Part shown: in pieces, positions 7,987-16,346 of the stretch
How positions within the stretch are numbered: the stretch's first letter is position 1
Layout of the letters: each line of letters starts with the position of its first letter
Program-made: the position numbers and the translations under genes
Source of the DNA: Minisyncoccota bacterium
GTDB taxonomy: Bacteria > Patescibacteriota > Minisyncoccia > Phycocordibacterales > UBA6065
Assembly: GCA_035546035.1 (NCBI GenBank)
Contig: DASZXC010000003.1
Location: forward strand, 479-64,478
Reading direction: 5' to 3'
Length of the DNA: 64,000 nt
Notes under the pieces: model-generated
Database searches by the model: none
The model's input: only the letters and a program-made list of their open reading frames with translations
Told to the model about the DNA's origin: nothing

Positions 7987-9203
7987 GATGCGATGAATCG
8001 TCCCAAATCGTTCAGCTGATCGTGGGCCTTCATTATACCCGTCTCTGACTGAATACGGAAAAGCTCTTTATTATGATCCGTGTTCTCGTATGCCATGACG
8101 GCGAGGCCCTGTCCGCGAAGCGCGTCGATATCGACCGATGCGGGAATCTCCGTGACGCGCTTAACGATCTGGGCGCCTGATATGAGAGGCAGCCTTTCAG
8201 GAAAAGGCATATCGAGAAGCGCTGCGATGTGGGCTTCGAATATCGTCGGGGCGTCTGCCCCGGTTTTTTTCTCGAGCGCGGATTCGAATACGGCCGATGC
8301 GGGCTGCCGGGCGTTTATCTCCAAAAGCGATACCTTGCCCGTAGCGGCGTCATATATAACGTCTATGCCGAAGAGGCCTTTCCAACCCTCGGATTCGAGC
8401 CGCGCCCCGATCTGTTTTGCCATGCCCGCGGTGCTTTTGAGCAGGCCTCTGAAAGAAGCGTCGGCCGCCAGGCTCCAGTCATTGCCTATGGTCGAGAAGG
8501 GAAGGTCGGTGAAAGGCTCGAGGCCCGTGATCTGGTAGCTCGGATTTCCCATGAGCGTGCCTTTTCCGACGACGACGTTCATCGTAAACACGGGTCCGTC
8601 CACGAAATCGGCGACGCGGCATTCGCGCCGGGGAAAATCGGCGCGGATCTTCTCCAGGTCTTTGTCCGACTCGATCACGTATGTGCCTTGGCCCGTATGC
8701 GAGTGATTGAACTGGAGGACGGATTTTTTGCCCGCGTACGCAACGTCCTTACAGAGCATGATCCGATGCGGAGGCAGGAGACCGGCGATGTCATCGAGCC
8801 ATCGGACCTGCGACACCTTTTCCTCGACTTCTTTTGCGAGCTCCGCGCTCGGGTTCAAAAGATTCCAGCCTTTCTCTTTCGCCAACCGCTCTATGCGCGC
8901 CGTGTTCTGGAATACCAGAACGTCCGCCCCGCGTTCGGCGATCGTTTTCTGTGTTTCAGGAAGAGAAAGGAGGTCGAACGTATCCAGAAGCTCGCCGGCA
9001 TCCGCGCCTTTTGCTAGCCGCACGTTCTCGGAGAATCTCTTCCGGACCTCGCGGCCGTACGGCGTATCGTTCGAAACGATGAAATAATTTCCGGCAGGCT
9101 CCATACCGAGCGCGCGCTCTATGTCGCGGGTCACGTAGACAAGCGGCTTTTTAAGGCTAATATGCATTAATGATAGTATACTTATCGCCGAAACTATGGC
9201 CAC
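7968..9203 (-). CDS. ATP-grasp family ligase (pre-ATP-grasp N-terminal domain plus ATP-grasp), unknown substrate
   Basis: 411 aa: SVLQFNHSHTGQGTYVIES, ECRVADFVDGPVFTMNVV, GIDVIYDAATGKVSLLEINARQP. The annotated start overlaps the divergent rsmI start by 8 nt, so the true start may be a downstream Met (MHISLKK). Confidence 0.6.
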   Translation of the reverse strand: MAIVSAISILSLMHISLKKPLVYVTRDIERALGMEPAGNYFIVSNDTPYGREVRKRFSENVRLAKGADAGELLDTFDLLSLPETQKTIAERGADVLVFQNTARIERLAKEKGWNLLNPSAELAKEVEEKVSQVRWLDDIAGLLPPHRIMLCKDVAYAGKKSVLQFNHSHTGQGTYVIESDKDLEKIRADFPRRECRVADFVDGPVFTMNVVVGKGTLMGNPSYQITGLEPFTDLPFSTIGNDWSLAADASFRGLLKSTAGMAKQIGARLESEGWKGLFGIDVIYDAATGKVSLLEINARQPASAVFESALEKKTGADAPTIFEAHIAALLDMPFPERLPLISGAQIVKRVTEIPASVDIDALRGQGLAVMAYENTDHNKELFRIQSETGIMKAHDQLNDLGRFIASCIKTP

Positions 9204-9861
9204 TCTCTATATAGTCGCGACGCCGATAGGGAATCTCGAGGACATCACGCTCCGCGCTTTGCGCGTGCTCAAGGAAGTCTCCGTCATATTCTGCGAAGAC
9301 ACCCGCACTTCGCGCGTGCTCCTCTCCAAATACGGCATCAAGGTTCCGACCGAAAGCTTCCACGCCCAGAGCTCGCCCGTAAAGACCGATCGCGTCATCG
9401 AGCTCCTCGAAGCGGGGAACGATATCGCTCTCGTCACCGACGCGGGTACGCCGGGCATATCCGATCCCGGCATGCTTTTGGTCTCTGAGGTCCGCGCCCG
9501 CCTGCCGGCGGCGAATATCGTCGCCATTCCTGGCCCGTCAGCCCTTGCCGCCGCGGTTTCCATCGCCGGAAAGCCTCTCCATGAGTTCGTCTTCCTCGGA
9601 TTCTTGCCTCATAAGAAGGGCAGGCAGACCCTGTTCGAAGAGATCAAGGCCGGAGAGCGCCCATACGTGTTCTACGAATCTCCGCACCGCATAGAGAAGA
9701 CGCTCGAAGCGCTGAAGGGAATGGAAAAGACCGTCACTATACTTCGCGAGATCACCAAGATGCACGAATCATACGTGTCCGGAACCGCCGAAGAGGTCTT
9801 GAAGGCGTTCAGAGACAATCCGGGAACGCTCCGCGGAGAATTCGTCGTCATCGTCAGCTAA
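9196..9861 (+). CDS. rsmI: 16S rRNA (cytidine1402-2'-O)-methyltransferase RsmI
   Basis: 221 aa, LYIVATPIGNLEDIT...IFCEDTRTS...tetrapyrrole-methylase fold motifs. Confidence 0.85.
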   Translation: MATLYIVATPIGNLEDITLRALRVLKEVSVIFCEDTRTSRVLLSKYGIKVPTESFHAQSSPVKTDRVIELLEAGNDIALVTDAGTPGISDPGMLLVSEVRARLPAANIVAIPGPSALAAAVSIAGKPLHEFVFLGFLPHKKGRQTLFEEIKAGERPYVFYESPHRIEKTLEALKGMEKTVTILREITKMHESYVSGTAEEVLKAFRDNPGTLRGEFVVIVS

Positions 9862-9912
9862 TCAACAGCCGCGCGCTCTTCGTGCGCCTCTCTCGCGTGC
9901 TATAATGCGCGC

Positions 9913-10056
9913 ATGAGATTCAGGAACGTCATCATCGCCTTGGGTGTTCTGATAGTCATCGAGCCTTTACTCCGTTTCCCTTCATCGTGGGACGACGTCG
10001 TATACGGCATACTTGGCTTTTTCGTCATCGCGCTGGCGTACATGAGCCGCGGATAA
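9913..10056 (+). CDS. Candidate 47-aa two-TM small membrane protein (not in track), possibly leaderless
   Basis: ATG 9913 lies 7 nt after a perfect TATAAT (9901-9906). Translation MRFRNVIIALGVLIVIEPLLRFPSSWDDVVYGILGFFVIALAYMSRG has two hydrophobic segments. No SD. It could equally be a short upstream ORF / promoter region for the downstream gene. Confidence 0.25.
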   Translation: MRFRNVIIALGVLIVIEPLLRFPSSWDDVVYGILGFFVIALAYMSRG

Positions 10057-10071
10057 TCTTTCACATACCGA

Positions 10072-11313
10072 GTGTCAGGGAAGAACACCAAACAGAGCGT
10101 TCGAGCGTACAGGATAGGCGTCGGCCTATTCCTGCTTTTTATGTTCCTCGCCATTTTCCTCTATGCGGCCGGGCCGCTCTTCGAGCAGACGACCTATGAG
10201 AATAAGCCTGTCGAGGTCGCGACGACCACCGTACCCGTTCCGGTCGGCCGCCAGGCTACCCATGTGCCGACTCCGGAGCCGGTCAAAGGCATATATATGA
10301 CGTCGTGCGTCGCCGCGACGCCTTCGCTCCGCGTGAAGCTCGCCGACCTCATAGACGAGACCGAGCTCAACTCCGTCGTTATAGACATCAAGTCGTTCGA
10401 CGGGCATATCTCGTTCATGCCGGAGAATCCCGCGCTCAAAGACGCCGTCGGCGGATGCTATGTCAAAGACATGCAGGATTTCATCGACACGCTCCATGCG
10501 AAGGATATATATGTGATCGGCCGCGTCGCATCGTTCCAAGACCAGTACATGGTGGCGAAGCGTCCCGACCTCGCTGTCAAAAAAGAGAGCGCGACGTCTA
10601 CTGTCTGGCGCGACTATAAAGGCATCGCGTGGATAGACGCGTCGTCGGTCGAGCACTGGAAGTATCTCGTAGACATAGCGAAAGACGCCCATGCGATCGG
10701 TTTCGACGAGATAAACTTCGACTACATACGATTCCCGGCCGACGGCAATATGAAAGACATCTGGTATCCGCTGTCGGGGAAGAAAGACAAGAGCCAGGTC
10801 GTCAGGGGATTCTACGAATACCTCCATCACGAGCTCTCGCCGCTCGGCATCACCATATCGGGCGACCTCTTCGGCATGACGACGACCAATACCGACGACC
10901 TGAACATCGGGCAAATACTCGAATACGGATTGGCGAACTTCGATTACGTGATGCCGATGGTCTATCCGTCGCATTACCCGGACGGATTCTACGGGATCCC
11001 TGACCCGAACAAGGACGTCTACAAGGTCGTGAAGATCTCCATGGACAAGGCCGTCGCTCGCGCCGCCGCGACGACGACCCCGATCCTCACGGATACCCGT
11101 ATCGGTACCTCTACGCCCGCGGTCTATGCGAAGCCCGTATGGGACAGCAAGAAGCTCCGCCCGTGGCTTCAGGATAATAACTATCCGGTCACGTACACAG
11201 CTGAGATGGTGAGGGCGCAGATACAGGCCGACTACGATTCGAGCGCGACGAGCTGGTCGCTCTGGAATGCGGGGAACAAATATACGAGGGCGGCGCTCGA
11301 GCCGAAGCCGTGA
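10072..11313 (+). CDS. Membrane-anchored putative glycoside-hydrolase-like TIM-barrel protein (GHL/DUF4015-like)
   Basis: 413 aa with an N-terminal TM anchor. Motifs GIYMTSC, VVIDIKSFDG, GFDEINFDYIRFP, MPMVYPSHY recall the glycoside-hydrolase-like families. Assignment is from memory of the family patterns only. The antisense 458-aa ORF is rejected. Confidence 0.45.
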   Translation: MSGKNTKQSVRAYRIGVGLFLLFMFLAIFLYAAGPLFEQTTYENKPVEVATTTVPVPVGRQATHVPTPEPVKGIYMTSCVAATPSLRVKLADLIDETELNSVVIDIKSFDGHISFMPENPALKDAVGGCYVKDMQDFIDTLHAKDIYVIGRVASFQDQYMVAKRPDLAVKKESATSTVWRDYKGIAWIDASSVEHWKYLVDIAKDAHAIGFDEINFDYIRFPADGNMKDIWYPLSGKKDKSQVVRGFYEYLHHELSPLGITISGDLFGMTTTNTDDLNIGQILEYGLANFDYVMPMVYPSHYPDGFYGIPDPNKDVYKVVKISMDKAVARAAATTTPILTDTRIGTSTPAVYAKPVWDSKKLRPWLQDNNYPVTYTAEMVRAQIQADYDSSATSWSLWNAGNKYTRAALEPKP

Positions 11314-11386
11314 TATTGACTTTAGATTAAAATCATTATAGGATAGCAAGGAACTTTCCCAAGCGTTTCCTCGTTCCTTATATCTG

Positions 11387-11671
11387 ATGAATATTAAAAC
11401 CATAGCTCTATCCGTACTGGTGATCCCTGCCGCTGTCCTTGCCGGGCTTTGCATAAAATTCGGCGTGCTGCTCGTGCTGGGCAGTTTCCTCGGAATCCTC
11501 ATTGCTCTGTCTATCGTCGTGGTCCTCTTCGCTCTCTATCAGATGAGGCCTCGATGCGAGAACGACAGCTGCAAGTCGAGGCTCATCTTCAGCGGCACCT
11601 GCTCCCGATGCGGCAAGCCGCAGACGAGCTATCAGGCGGTCTCGAAGGTCCGCCGGTGCCGCGCGATCTGA
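11387..11671 (+). CDS. Small membrane protein with C-terminal Cys4 zinc ribbon (hypothetical)
   Basis: 94 aa: two hydrophobic helices, then CENDSCKS...CSRCGKP. Followed by an intrinsic terminator at 11696-11728. Confidence 0.4.
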   Translation: MNIKTIALSVLVIPAAVLAGLCIKFGVLLVLGSFLGILIALSIVVVLFALYQMRPRCENDSCKSRLIFSGTCSRCGKPQTSYQAVSKVRRCRAI

Positions 11672-11695
11672 TCGCCGGCGTTCGCCGTCAGACGA

Positions 11696-11728
11696 GCCGC
11701 TCTCATACCGAGAGCGGCTTTTCCTTTT
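11696..11728 (+). terminator. Rho-independent terminator (gccgctctc-atacc-gagagcggc-TTTTCCTTTT)
   Basis: Hairpin plus T-run downstream of the small membrane protein gene. Confidence 0.6.
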
Positions 11729-12106
11729 CGCCTTCCCGCGCTTTCGCGGTCTGGACAAAATCCGGCGATTCGATATAGTTTCGAAGGTCTTGTTCGCCGG
11801 CAACAAGCCCCTCGCTGAGGGGTTACGGTTTCCTCTCAGGAGCTTCGCCGGTATTTTACAAAATACATAACGATGCACCCACACGCCAGACGTACCATTG
11901 TCCTCGGTCCCAGCCTTCCCAAAGTCGATCCGGAAAAACCGGTTCCCGAACGCTCCTCGCGGAGCGTGCCGGAACCCGTGATTCCCGTCGGCTGCGGATT
12001 GGCGAGAGCCCGGGCCATCAAGGAAGATGCGGCCCGTCGCGGCCAGTCCGCGCCGGTAGGCCTCTCCGCGATGCCTGCTTGAACGTCGTGAAGTGCAAAA
12101 GCCTGC

Positions 12107-12140
12107 GCGGCCGCCGATGCATATCGGCGGCCGCTTTTTT
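12107..12140 (+). terminator. Strong rho-independent terminator (12-bp stem gcggccgccgat/atcggcggccgc, loop gcat, TTTTTT) ending 9 nt before the ATG of the VirD4-like gene
   Basis: Perfect 12-bp GC-rich stem plus six T. Its placement immediately upstream of a start codon is attenuator-like. Confidence 0.7.
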
Positions 12141-12148
12141 GTGACATA

Positions 12149-13993
12149 ATGATGGAAATGACCAGCGACGACAAAGTCACATACTTCGCCGAGACCGATG
12201 CCCGGAACAAGCGCGTCAAATTCGGGATCAAGGCAAAAGACCGCACCCGCCACGTCTATATCATCGGCAAGACGGGCATGGGCAAATCCACTCTCCTCGA
12301 GAATATGGCGGTGCAAGACATTCAGGGCGGGGAAGGCTGCTGCTTCATAGACCCTCACGGCAAGACCGCCGAGCTTCTCCTCAATTACGTTCCCGAAAAT
12401 CGCCTCAAGGACGTGCTCTATTTCGCGCCGTTCGACGTCGAGCACCCGATCGCGTTCAACGTCATGGAGGACGTCGGCTACGACAAGCGCCATCTCGTCG
12501 TATCCGGCCTCATGTCCACATTCAAAAAAATATGGGCCGATGCGTGGAGCGCCCGCATGGAATATATCCTCTCGAACACGCTTCTCGCGCTCCTCGAATA
12601 TCCAGGAGCGACGCTCTTGGGAGTGAACAAGATGCTCTCTGACAAGGACTATCGCAAAAAGGTCGTCGACAACATCAAAGATCCGGCGGTGAAGTCGTTC
12701 TGGGTGGACGAGTTCGCCAAATATACCGACAGGTTCGCCGCCGAAGCGACTCCGGCCATTCAGAACAAGATCGGCCAGTTCACGAATAACCCTCTCATCA
12801 GGAATATCATCGGCCAGCCGAAATCGTCGTTCGACCTTCGCAAGATGATGGACGACAGGAAGATTCTCATCGTGAACCTCTCGAAAGGCCGCGTGGGCGA
12901 ATCGAACGCCAATCTCCTCGGCGCTATGCTCATCACCAAGATATATCTCGCCGCGATGTCGCGCGCCGACGTCTCTGACAAGATAATGAAGACCCTGCCG
13001 AACTTCTACCTCTATGTGGACGAATTCCAGTCCTTCGCGAACGAGTCTTTCGCCGATATCCTCTCCGAGGCGCGAAAATACAAGCTGAACCTGACCATGG
13101 CGCATCAGTACATCGAGCAGATGTCCGAAGAAGTGCGCGCGGCGGTGTTCGGCAACGTCGGTACCATGATCGTGTTCCGGGTGGGCTCGTACGACGCAGA
13201 GGTCTTGGAGAAGGAATTCGCCCCGCAATTCACGGCTGAAGACATCGTGAACCTCGGCTTCGCGCAGATATATCTGCGGCTTATGATCGACGGGATAGGT
13301 TCGCAGCCGTTTTCGGCGACCACGCTGCCGCCGATACCCGAACCCGCCGTCACGTTCAAGGAGCAAGTCGTCCAGGGCTCGCGCGCCCAATTCACCCAAG
13401 TTCGTCCGGTCGTCGAAGAGCTCGTCCGCATGCAGACCTTGGGCGCGACGCCCGACAGGCCTCTCGCGACCATGAAGGCAGAGCCGCGCGACAGGACCAG
13501 CACGGCGGAAAGGGCTGACAGGCCGATGCCGCCGGCGCCTTCACCTATGCCGCCGCGCGAGCCGCGCAGGGAAGAGAGGCGTGACGATCGCCGCGAAGAT
13601 CGCAGAGACGACAGGCGCCTGCCGCAGGAGAATAATCGTCGCCACGAGACGCCGCCGATGGACGCGAGCGACGGATTTCATGGTTTCGACGCTATCAAGG
13701 CCATGGTCACGCCGCGTCCGCTTCAGAATAGCCAGAGCCAAGATCAGAAGCGCCCGAACGATCAGAGACCCGAAAAAAAGGGCGTGACCGAAGAGTCGCG
13801 AAACGACCTGCGTCAGGCACTCGCTTCTATAGCGAAGCCTCCGGCTGCTCCCAAAGAAGCGCCGAAGCAGGAGGCGAAGAAGGAAGCGGCTCCTCCGGCG
13901 CCTCCTGTCGCGCCGCGACCGCCTGAACTCAAGCATTCCGGACCGGCGAACGAGGTTCCGGAAGACGTCCTTAACAAACTCCTTGATATGTAA
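12149..13993 (+). CDS. P-loop ATPase of the VirD4/TraD/TraG type IV coupling-protein-like (DUF87/AAA-like) family, with an Arg/Asp/Glu/Pro-rich disordered C-terminal tail
   Basis: 614 aa: Walker A IIGKTGMGKST, Walker B YLYVDEFQSF, TraG-D_C-like LNLTMAHQYIEQ. No N-terminal TM segment. C-terminal ~170 aa are low-complexity (REPRREERRDDRREDRRDDRR...PPAPPVAPRPP). Confidence 0.55.
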   Translation: MMEMTSDDKVTYFAETDARNKRVKFGIKAKDRTRHVYIIGKTGMGKSTLLENMAVQDIQGGEGCCFIDPHGKTAELLLNYVPENRLKDVLYFAPFDVEHPIAFNVMEDVGYDKRHLVVSGLMSTFKKIWADAWSARMEYILSNTLLALLEYPGATLLGVNKMLSDKDYRKKVVDNIKDPAVKSFWVDEFAKYTDRFAAEATPAIQNKIGQFTNNPLIRNIIGQPKSSFDLRKMMDDRKILIVNLSKGRVGESNANLLGAMLITKIYLAAMSRADVSDKIMKTLPNFYLYVDEFQSFANESFADILSEARKYKLNLTMAHQYIEQMSEEVRAAVFGNVGTMIVFRVGSYDAEVLEKEFAPQFTAEDIVNLGFAQIYLRLMIDGIGSQPFSATTLPPIPEPAVTFKEQVVQGSRAQFTQVRPVVEELVRMQTLGATPDRPLATMKAEPRDRTSTAERADRPMPPAPSPMPPREPRREERRDDRREDRRDDRRLPQENNRRHETPPMDASDGFHGFDAIKAMVTPRPLQNSQSQDQKRPNDQRPEKKGVTEESRNDLRQALASIAKPPAAPKEAPKQEAKKEAAPPAPPVAPRPPELKHSGPANEVPEDVLNKLLDM

Positions 13994-14056
13994 CGCCTTC
14001 GCCTCCAAGAGGATTATAATGAGGCGCTACAATTCATATATCCCGTAAAAACCGCC

Positions 14057-15220
14057 ATGTCAGCAAAGAAAGCCCTTATATTCTCCCTCGCATACTATCC
14101 TCGCCTCGTCGGCGGGGCTGAAGTCGCCGTGAGGGAGATGACCGACCGTATCGATCCGGCGGACATCGAATTCCACATGGTCACCATGAAGGCCGGATCT
14201 CTGCCCGTGCAGGAGAAGATCGGCAACGTGACCGTCTACCGCGTCGGCCTTCCGGTGTCGTCGGGGCCGCTCTTCGCGCTCAATAAATACCTCTATCTCT
14301 TTCTTGCGCCGCTCAAGGCGTCGTGTCTCCATCGCTCGATGAAATTCGATTTCACCTGGAGCATCATGGCCTATGTCGCCGGCTTTCCCGGCCTTTTCTT
14401 CAAGCTCTTCCATATGGACGTGCCGTTCGTGCTCACGCTCCAGGAAGGCGATCCGATCGATTATATGCTCCGCAAGACGCGGTTCGTGCGGGGGACGTTC
14501 CGCAAGATATTCGCGCATGCCGACCGCATCCAGGCCATCTCGAAATACCTGGCCGATTTCGCGCGCGATATGGGTGCGACCGCAAAGCCCGTCGTCGTCC
14601 CGAACGGCGTAGATGTGGAGAAGTTCTCGAAATTCATCGTGGGCGAAGAGCTCCAGGCGATAAAGCGCGAGATCGGCAAAATGCCGGACGACGTATTCAT
14701 CGTCACAGCCGGACGCCTTGTGGAAAAGAATGCGGTCGGCGATATTATCGGCTCTCTCGTATACCTTCCGGCGAACGTGAAATTCCTCAATATCGGTTCG
14801 GGTCATCTGGAGCAAGGACTCAGACAACAGGCGAAACGGCTTGGCGTGGATAACCGCGTCATATTCAAAGGCTTCGTTCCGCATGAATCATTGCCCGGAT
14901 ACCTTCAGGCTTCCGACATATTCATCCGCCCGTCTCTCTCCGAAGGATTCGGCAATTCATTCGTCGAAGCGATGGTCGCAGGCATACCCGTCATCGCTAC
15001 GAGGACGGGCGGCATCGTCGACTTCCTCCGCGACAAAGAAACGGGGCTTTTCTGCGAAACGAATTCGCCGCAGGACATCGCCCGCAAGGTCCAGATATAT
15101 ATGCAGGACAAGAGCCTCCGCACCGAGATCGTGGATAATGCCATGCACATGGTCGTAGACCGCTATGACTGGAGGACGGTCGCGAACGACATGAAGGAGA
15201 AGGTTTTCGACCTGGTATGA
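14057..15220 (+). CDS. Glycosyltransferase family 4 (GT-B, retaining)
   Basis: 387 aa; C-terminal EGFGNSFVEAMVAGIPVIATRTGGIVDF, the canonical GT4/GT1 E-x7-E region. Confidence 0.8.
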   Translation: MSAKKALIFSLAYYPRLVGGAEVAVREMTDRIDPADIEFHMVTMKAGSLPVQEKIGNVTVYRVGLPVSSGPLFALNKYLYLFLAPLKASCLHRSMKFDFTWSIMAYVAGFPGLFFKLFHMDVPFVLTLQEGDPIDYMLRKTRFVRGTFRKIFAHADRIQAISKYLADFARDMGATAKPVVVPNGVDVEKFSKFIVGEELQAIKREIGKMPDDVFIVTAGRLVEKNAVGDIIGSLVYLPANVKFLNIGSGHLEQGLRQQAKRLGVDNRVIFKGFVPHESLPGYLQASDIFIRPSLSEGFGNSFVEAMVAGIPVIATRTGGIVDFLRDKETGLFCETNSPQDIARKVQIYMQDKSLRTEIVDNAMHMVVDRYDWRTVANDMKEKVFDLV

Positions 15221-15227
15221 TGAAGCC

Positions 15228-16340
15228 ATGAAGATTCTCGTAGCAACCGGCATATTCCCGCCGCAGATCGGCGGCCCTGCGACCTATTCCAAGCTCATAT
15301 ATGACGAGCTTCCGAAGCGCGGCATCGAAGTCGAGATCGCGAGCTTCGGCGACTACATCCACAAGCCGAGGTTCGTCAGGCATTTTATGTATTTCATGGA
15401 ATTGCTCCGCAAGGCGCCGGAAGCCGACATCATATATGCCATGGATCCCGTCTCCGTGGGGCTTCCGGCGCTCTTCGCTTCCCAGATACGCGGCAAGGAG
15501 CTCGTTCTCAAGGTCGTCGGGGACTATGCCTGGGAGCAGGGGACGCAGAGGTTCGGCGTGACCGATACGCTCGACCATTTCGCGCGGAACCATGGCGCGC
15601 ATGCCTGGCAGGTCAGGCTTCTCAAATGGATAGAAGCCTATGTCGCCGAAGGCGCGAAGCGCGTCATCACGCCTTCGAAATATCTGAAGTCGATACTCGT
15701 GGATTGGGGCGTGGACTCGCGCAATGTATCTGTCATATATAACGGCTTTCATATAGAGCCGGTCAAGGAGACTCCAAGCGTTCTGAAGAAGCGCATGAAA
15801 TGGACGGGCAAGACGATCGTCACCGTCGGGCGCCTCGTCCCATGGAAGGGGATCAAGGAAGTGATCGAGGCCATGCCCGACGTCATCGCCGCGCATCCCG
15901 ATGCCAAGCTCCTGGTTATCGGCGACGGGCCGGACGGGGAGAGCCTGAAGAAGCGCGCGACGGAGCTCGCCGTCGCCGACAGGGTCGCATTTACAGGCCG
16001 CTTGGATCAGAGAACGATGTTCGAATACGTGAAAGCATCCGACCTGTTCGTCCTGAATACGGCGTATGAAGGATTCTCGCACCAGATACTCGAAACCATG
16101 GCTTTAGGTACCCCGGTTATAACCACGGCTGTGGGCGGAAACGTCGAGATAATAAGGAATGCCGAGAACGGTATTTTGATCGCTCCTGGGGCCTTGCAGA
16201 GCCTTAAAGAGGCCATCATAGGTCTTTTGGGCAATATAAAGGGCGCTGACGGCCTTGCCCGAAAGGCTAAGAAAGACGTCTCCGGGTTCACCGACGAGAT
16301 CATGCTCGACAGGCTTGCGGACGAGCTAAAGAAGATATAG
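15228..16340 (+). CDS. Glycosyltransferase family 4
   Basis: 370 aa; EGFSHQILETMALGTPVITTAVGGNVEII. Confidence 0.8.
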   Translation: MKILVATGIFPPQIGGPATYSKLIYDELPKRGIEVEIASFGDYIHKPRFVRHFMYFMELLRKAPEADIIYAMDPVSVGLPALFASQIRGKELVLKVVGDYAWEQGTQRFGVTDTLDHFARNHGAHAWQVRLLKWIEAYVAEGAKRVITPSKYLKSILVDWGVDSRNVSVIYNGFHIEPVKETPSVLKKRMKWTGKTIVTVGRLVPWKGIKEVIEAMPDVIAAHPDAKLLVIGDGPDGESLKKRATELAVADRVAFTGRLDQRTMFEYVKASDLFVLNTAYEGFSHQILETMALGTPVITTAVGGNVEIIRNAENGILIAPGALQSLKEAIIGLLGNIKGADGLARKAKKDVSGFTDEIMLDRLADELKKI

Positions 16341-16346
16341 CGAAGT

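Noticed and set aside
10126-11502. 458-aa minus-strand ORF
   Set aside because: Antisense to the GH-like membrane protein and the small Zn-ribbon membrane protein; no recognisable motifs.
11730-12100. Possible SRP RNA, tmRNA or 6S RNA in the gap upstream of the ATPase
   Set aside because: There is an AAGGAAG heptamer but no GGAA-tetraloop/GCAGC helix-8 context (SRP), no tRNA-like 3' end or tag frame (tmRNA), and no recognisable 6S shape. The structured region is left unclassified.
11408-13399. 663-aa minus-strand ORF
   Set aside because: Antisense to the VirD4-like ATPase, whose Walker A/B and TraG motifs are clear; the translation is low-complexity R/G/E-rich.
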